Positions 45,459 to 49,132 of a DNA stretch of 49,132 bases are shown piece by piece. This DNA is from Candidatus Aenigmatarchaeota archaeon. GTDB lineage: Archaea; Aenigmatarchaeota; Aenigmatarchaeia; CG10238-14; SCSR01. The notes beneath the pieces are model-generated. The model saw nothing but the letters and a program-made list of their open reading frames with translations, was not told where the DNA came from and ran no database searches. The DNA lies in NCBI GenBank assembly GCA_016177025.1, contig JACOWB010000011.1, forward strand, positions 1 to 49,132, written 5' to 3'. The stretch's first letter is position 1; the number at the start of each line of letters is the position of its first letter. The position numbers and the translations under genes were made by a program.

Positions 45459-46107
45459 GCCTTGCAGAATACGCTATGGCCAGTATGCCGACAAAATGCA
45501 ACAGATAAGAGACAACTATAAACTTTTCTGGATTGAATTTGACCGCGCCGAATATCGCAACACCAACCTCATCGGGCAGTGGAGAAGCCAGGATAAATCC
45601 CGCAAATACAGGAACGAATATCTGCCAAATCTTTGATTTTGAGATTGCACGCCAGATTCTTATCCTCATTTCCTCCCAGAAGAACAAAGCCGAGACAGGT
45701 TTAGTTAGATTTTTCACCTCTTTCGACAGCATGTCAATTTCTTTCAGCAATCTGTCCCTCATCAACCTGAATATTATGTAATTTCCGACAACAGAGCCGA
45801 CGGCACCAATCAAGGCTATCAGAACAGGGTTCAAAACTTCACCCAAGCTGAAAATTGCGACTGTGGCAGGAACTGCTGTAAATGCATAGGTAAAGAGCAT
45901 GCCCAATGCAAAAGCCGCTGGGTATCCGAAATTACCCAAACCTTCAATGAAGGACATCATCTGCGGAGTTTTCAGCATGTAATAAGCAAACAAAAGGCTC
46001 AGTGCAAGAAGCAGCAGATTTCTGTATTTCCACTGGTATCTTCCAATTCTTCTGATAGTCTTTTTTGTAGTTTTGTATAACTTCTCAGGGTACTCTGCTT
46101 TTTTCAT
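45451..46107 (-). CDS. Hypothetical membrane protein (DedA/VTT-like)
   Basis: GY.AAFALGMLFTYAFT.VPA, ALIGAVGSVVGNYIIF, ASPLPDE.GV. Confidence 0.65.
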   Translation of the reverse strand: MKKAEYPEKLYKTTKKTIRRIGRYQWKYRNLLLLALSLLFAYYMLKTPQMMSFIEGLGNFGYPAAFALGMLFTYAFTAVPATVAIFSLGEVLNPVLIALIGAVGSVVGNYIIFRLMRDRLLKEIDMLSKEVKNLTKPVSALFFWEEMRIRIWRAISKSKIWQIFVPVFAGFILASPLPDEVGVAIFGAVKFNPEKFIVVSYLLHFVGILAIAYSARLI

Positions 46108-46140
46108 TTAATTGACTATTGGCGAGAGAAGTAATAACGT

Positions 46141-46524
46141 TTATTGTTCCAGCAAAACCGCATTGGCGATTCCATGCTGGCTTGGACGAGATGTTATTCT
46201 AGCTTTTCCTATTTCCGTGTTGATTACAGCCCCTCGTGTAACAACCTTTCTTCTTGCAAGATCGGGGTTGGCAGGATTGGTCACGACATCCAAAATCTTG
46301 ACTTTCTTAGCGGTCCTGGTTTTCATATCGACAACATTAACAAAAGACAGGGAGGATAATTTTACTTTATTATCGCCACCTTTTATCCTGACAATTTTTC
46401 TAAGTTCGTTACCTATTTTCGGATATACAGGTTCTCCACCGAGTTCGTACTTTCTTTTTTTTCTAGCTAACTGAATCTTCCCGCCTGTCAGCTTTTTTCC
46501 AGATTCACCATGCCACATTACCAT
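46141..46524 (-). CDS. rps8e: 30S ribosomal protein S8e
   Basis: KKLTGGK, RKKRKYELG, R.KGG..KV, NPANP, VTRGAVI, TSRPSQHG. Confidence 0.96.
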   Translation of the reverse strand: MVMWHGESGKKLTGGKIQLARKKRKYELGGEPVYPKIGNELRKIVRIKGGDNKVKLSSLSFVNVVDMKTRTAKKVKILDVVTNPANPDLARRKVVTRGAVINTEIGKARITSRPSQHGIANAVLLEQ

Positions 46525-46673
46525 AACAATCTAACAGTTATTATTCATTAGAGTTAAAAAGCTATTCAAGCTCCAGTAATACTATATCCCTAGCTGGGAC
46601 ATACTCTCTCCAACCTTTTCTCCTACATTCTTCTAAAAATATCATAAATCCCCTATAATATTCGTTGTCATCA

Positions 46674-47036
46674 TCATCGGTGGGAAGTAAATTCTAGATG
46701 TGGTAATACACTTTCACCTTTTGAATCCACAATATCAGAAGCTTGCAGGACCGAACCTCTGCGATACGAATTACCTTTCAGAGGTCTGTAAAATTCCATA
46801 TAGCCCCCTTCTTTATTATCGATGATTAGCTTCTGTTCATTTTCCATGAATCCTTCGATTTCTGATTCTAAAAGAAAAGAAAGGGGTCTGTAAATACGGG
46901 CAGACCATTCATAACGAAAAGTACTTCCTATTCCATAACCTTCATTGCCAAATCTAATGATTTCAGTTCCTTTCTGTATGTACTTATCTAGAGCTGTCAC
47001 TTTCTTATGATCTGGTTCAACTTCTGTTTTTCCCAT
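46674..47036 (-). CDS. Hypothetical protein (AT-rich, possibly frameshifted)
   Basis: 120-aa ORF; a protein-like continuation exists in another frame down to 46562. Confidence 0.4.
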   Translation of the reverse strand: MGKTEVEPDHKKVTALDKYIQKGTEIIRFGNEGYGIGSTFRYEWSARIYRPLSFLLESEIEGFMENEQKLIIDNKEGGYMEFYRPLKGNSYRRGSVLQASDIVDSKGESVLPHLEFTSHR

Positions 47037-47040
47037 AAAA

Positions 47041-47241
47041 TTAATTAAACTTCAAATCTTTATAAATCTTATTGTCAACGGTATCTGATGGTAATGTTCC
47101 TCCTATTCCAATACAATTAGATAATGTAAGAGCAGTTACATTCAAGCTCTTTCTTAAATCGCTGTACGAGTTGACAGTTACATAGCAATATTCTTCGTCA
47201 GTTTTAGAAGTGATTTGTTTAGAGGCATTCCTAGGGTTCAT
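47041..47241 (-). CDS. Hypothetical ORF / gene remnant
   Basis: 66 aa in an AT-rich tract with short upstream fragments. Confidence 0.25.
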   Translation of the reverse strand: MNPRNASKQITSKTDEEYCYVTVNSYSDLRKSLNVTALTLSNCIGIGGTLPSDTVDNKIYKDLKFN

Positions 47242-47440
47242 TAATTTTTAGAGATAAAAACTGTTAGATTCAGAACTTCATCACAAGATTTCTATCAATT
47301 GGAAATCAATTTCATCCCGTTTTGTCATAGATTTAATCCAAATCAGGAGTCGACTCTCTCTTTTTATATCTACTTTGCGAACTACTGTGAAAACAAAAGG
47401 TTTTATATATTTGCACTACATAATAGAATAAGCAATTACA

Positions 47441-47659
47441 ATGACAGACAGACCGATTGATGTTCTAGACAAAGCCAAAGGCAAGAAAGTAATGATCAAG
47501 CTCAAGAACGGCGAGGAAGTCACAGGGACTTTGAAAGCCCTTGATCTGCATTTGAATCTCTGGTTGGAAGAGGCGGAAGTCTCTAAGAGTGATGTTAAAA
47601 TAAGATTGGGTAATATTCTTGTTCGCGGGGACACGATAGTCTATGCTTCTCCTGTCTGA
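47441..47659 (+). CDS. Sm-like archaeal protein (Lsm / SmAP)
   Basis: RPIDVL, IKLKNG..VTGTLKALDLHLNL, ILVRGDTIVY. Confidence 0.93.
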   Translation: MTDRPIDVLDKAKGKKVMIKLKNGEEVTGTLKALDLHLNLWLEEAEVSKSDVKIRLGNILVRGDTIVYASPV

Positions 47660-47703
47660 TGCTATTTAAATTCATATGGACAAATACTGTATAAGGTGAC
47701 GAA

Positions 47704-48036
47704 ATGGGTCTATTTGACGTTTTTAAATCCAAAAAACCTGCAGAAGATGCCGTAGAGTTTCCTGAAGATACAGAGCCGAGAGAGAGGCTGAGCGTCAGGA
47801 TAGAGAATGTCACCGGTCTGGGCGATGTTGAAAGGATTGGCGGATATCTGAAGCAAGGCAATGTCGTTCTTGTGAAGGTGAGGGATTTGCAGAAAAAAGA
47901 TGTCGGTTTGTTCCAGACTTCACTTCAGAAAATGAAAAGGTTGTCGACGCAATTCAACTGGGACATGGTTGCGCTTCAGGAAGGATATGTCATCATGACT
48001 CCTAGTTTTGCGAGGATAGAAAGACCTGAAGCTTAA
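47704..48036 (+). CDS. sepF: Cell-division protein SepF
   Basis: LKQGNVVLVKVRDL...LKK......DMVAL..GYVIMTPSFARI. Confidence 0.75.
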   Translation: MGLFDVFKSKKPAEDAVEFPEDTEPRERLSVRIENVTGLGDVERIGGYLKQGNVVLVKVRDLQKKDVGLFQTSLQKMKRLSTQFNWDMVALQEGYVIMTPSFARIERPEA

Positions 48037-48060
48037 ATTAACCGGAACTAATTTAATAAT

Positions 48061-48402
48061 ATGGAAATAGTAAAGAAAGCTAAAATCTCAGTTAATGGGA
48101 AATCAGAAGAAGTAGAAGCAATTATTGATACGGGTGCTGCAAAGACTATGATAGACGAAGAAACCCTCCTAAAGATAGGAGCACCTCATATGGGTAATAG
48201 AGCAGTGCAGTCTATGGGTGAGTTTAAGGACGTCAAGCCTCAATATGCGACCAATGTAGAAATAGACAATTGCGAATTCGAACTTGTAGTAACAGGAGGT
48301 AAAAAGAATCTAATCGGTCATGATTTTCTGCAGTTAGCTAAAGCTATAATGAATGAAGAAACTGGTGAAGTAAAGCTTACAAAGAATTATATAGAGATGT
48401 GA
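48061..48402 (+). CDS. Retropepsin-like (clan AA) aspartic protease
   Basis: VEAIIDTGAAKTMI catalytic motif; NLIGHDFL. Confidence 0.8.
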   Translation: MEIVKKAKISVNGKSEEVEAIIDTGAAKTMIDEETLLKIGAPHMGNRAVQSMGEFKDVKPQYATNVEIDNCEFELVVTGGKKNLIGHDFLQLAKAIMNEETGEVKLTKNYIEM

Positions 48403-48422
48403 CCCAAGTCGGGAACATTCAC

Positions 48423-49132
48423 TTAGAACGGTCTCTGATTTCTTCTTTGTTCGAACAAGCTTGATATGTTACCTGTCTTGTTCATTATATCCTGATAAAA
48501 CATCTCCAGCTCATTCTCTTCCAGCTTGGCTCTCTGATCGGCTTCTATAAGTATGGACGGTATGCCGTAATTGGAATGCCCGGTCATTTTCAACAGCACG
48601 GAAGAAATAAAGTCAGCCTTGTCAACAACACCCTTGTCGCCGAGAAAATCTATCCTGATAGGTCTGTCATATTCGGCGGTTTTCAGATAGAATGTGTATA
48701 TCATGCTTCCCGCTTGCTTGAACTCCTTCAATATGGGATGCTGGGACGACTTGGACGAATAAGGGAACACAAAACTCCTCTCGCCTTTCTTCAGCGTGTA
48801 TGAGAGCAGGTTGGAGTCCTTCGTTCTGGTAAGAACAATTTTCATCTCCGGCGGCATGCTTGCGCTAAAGTGCGTCAGAAGGATGCTGTTGAGAATTTCG
48901 CAGAACCTTGTGCCTCTGCTGTCTTCAATCACGCCTGCGAGCACGGTCTTTCTCAATCTCACGGCCTCGAACAAATCGACATACGCCAGAATCATCCGCC
49001 TGTAATTCTCTCCAAGCAGGGACCCCTTCTCAGGAACGAATGTATAGTGCGGAATAACAGAGCCGTGCATAAATAGCATATCCGGCTCGAATTTTTCTAT
49101 GGTCTCTGTCGCGGTTATGACTTCTTTTATCT
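48423..49132 (-). CDS. nurA: NurA-family DNA double-strand-break repair nuclease (5' part outside the window)
   Basis: LAGVIEDSRG, RPIRIDF, YGIPSILIEADQRAK; frame stays open to the window edge. Confidence 0.85.
   Translation of the reverse strand, partial: IKEVITATETIEKFEPDMLFMHGSVIPHYTFVPEKGSLLGENYRRMILAYVDLFEAVRLRKTVLAGVIEDSRGTRFCEILNSILLTHFSASMPPEMKIVLTRTKDSNLLSYTLKKGERSFVFPYSSKSSQHPILKEFKQAGSMIYTFYLKTAEYDRPIRIDFLGDKGVVDKADFISSVLLKMTGHSNYGIPSILIEADQRAKLEENELEMFYQDIMNKTGNISSLFEQRRNQRPF

Noticed and set aside
788-49076. Numerous 60-200 aa antisense or nested ORFs in the track
   Set aside because: They are shadows of well-supported genes on the other strand or frame and have no motifs of their own.

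Overview
Gene-dense archaeal chromosome segment. The small genes, BHB-type tRNA introns, uL16/eL37/eS8, RFC, SepF, Lsm and NurA point to a DPANN-type archaeon (Aenigmatarchaeota-like; lineage is inference). Housekeeping content: a dCMP deaminase-kinase-glyA / speD-speE / thyX nucleotide and polyamine block, a SUF operon (HTH-sufC-sufB-sufS-sufU, no sufD), rfcS-rfcL, TatD, a P-type ATPase, a DEAD-box helicase and surface proteins (two pilin-LamG, two matrixin-CARDB, cupredoxins). There are six tRNA loci; five carry BHB introns, three of them at non-canonical positions. About a dozen AT-rich ORFans are scattered singly between core genes. Best leads, mostly below the ORF-track size cutoff: (1) two dispersed paralogs of a 40-aa Cys/His microprotein (HxCC...CxCFCH), one translationally coupled to glyA; (2) a stand-alone Cas2/VapD-like gene divergent from a 41-aa basic peptide across a perfect 18-bp palindrome; (3) an alpha3-less histone-fold gene whose C-terminus is replaced at an ORFan junction; (4) a junction that removes both the start of a pilin gene and the first 4 nt of tRNA-Glu; (5) short direct repeats and truncated neighbours around the ORFans, suggesting integrase-free gene capture. 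No CRISPR array, transposase, integrase or rRNA was seen. Family assignments come from motif recognition only; no database searches were run.
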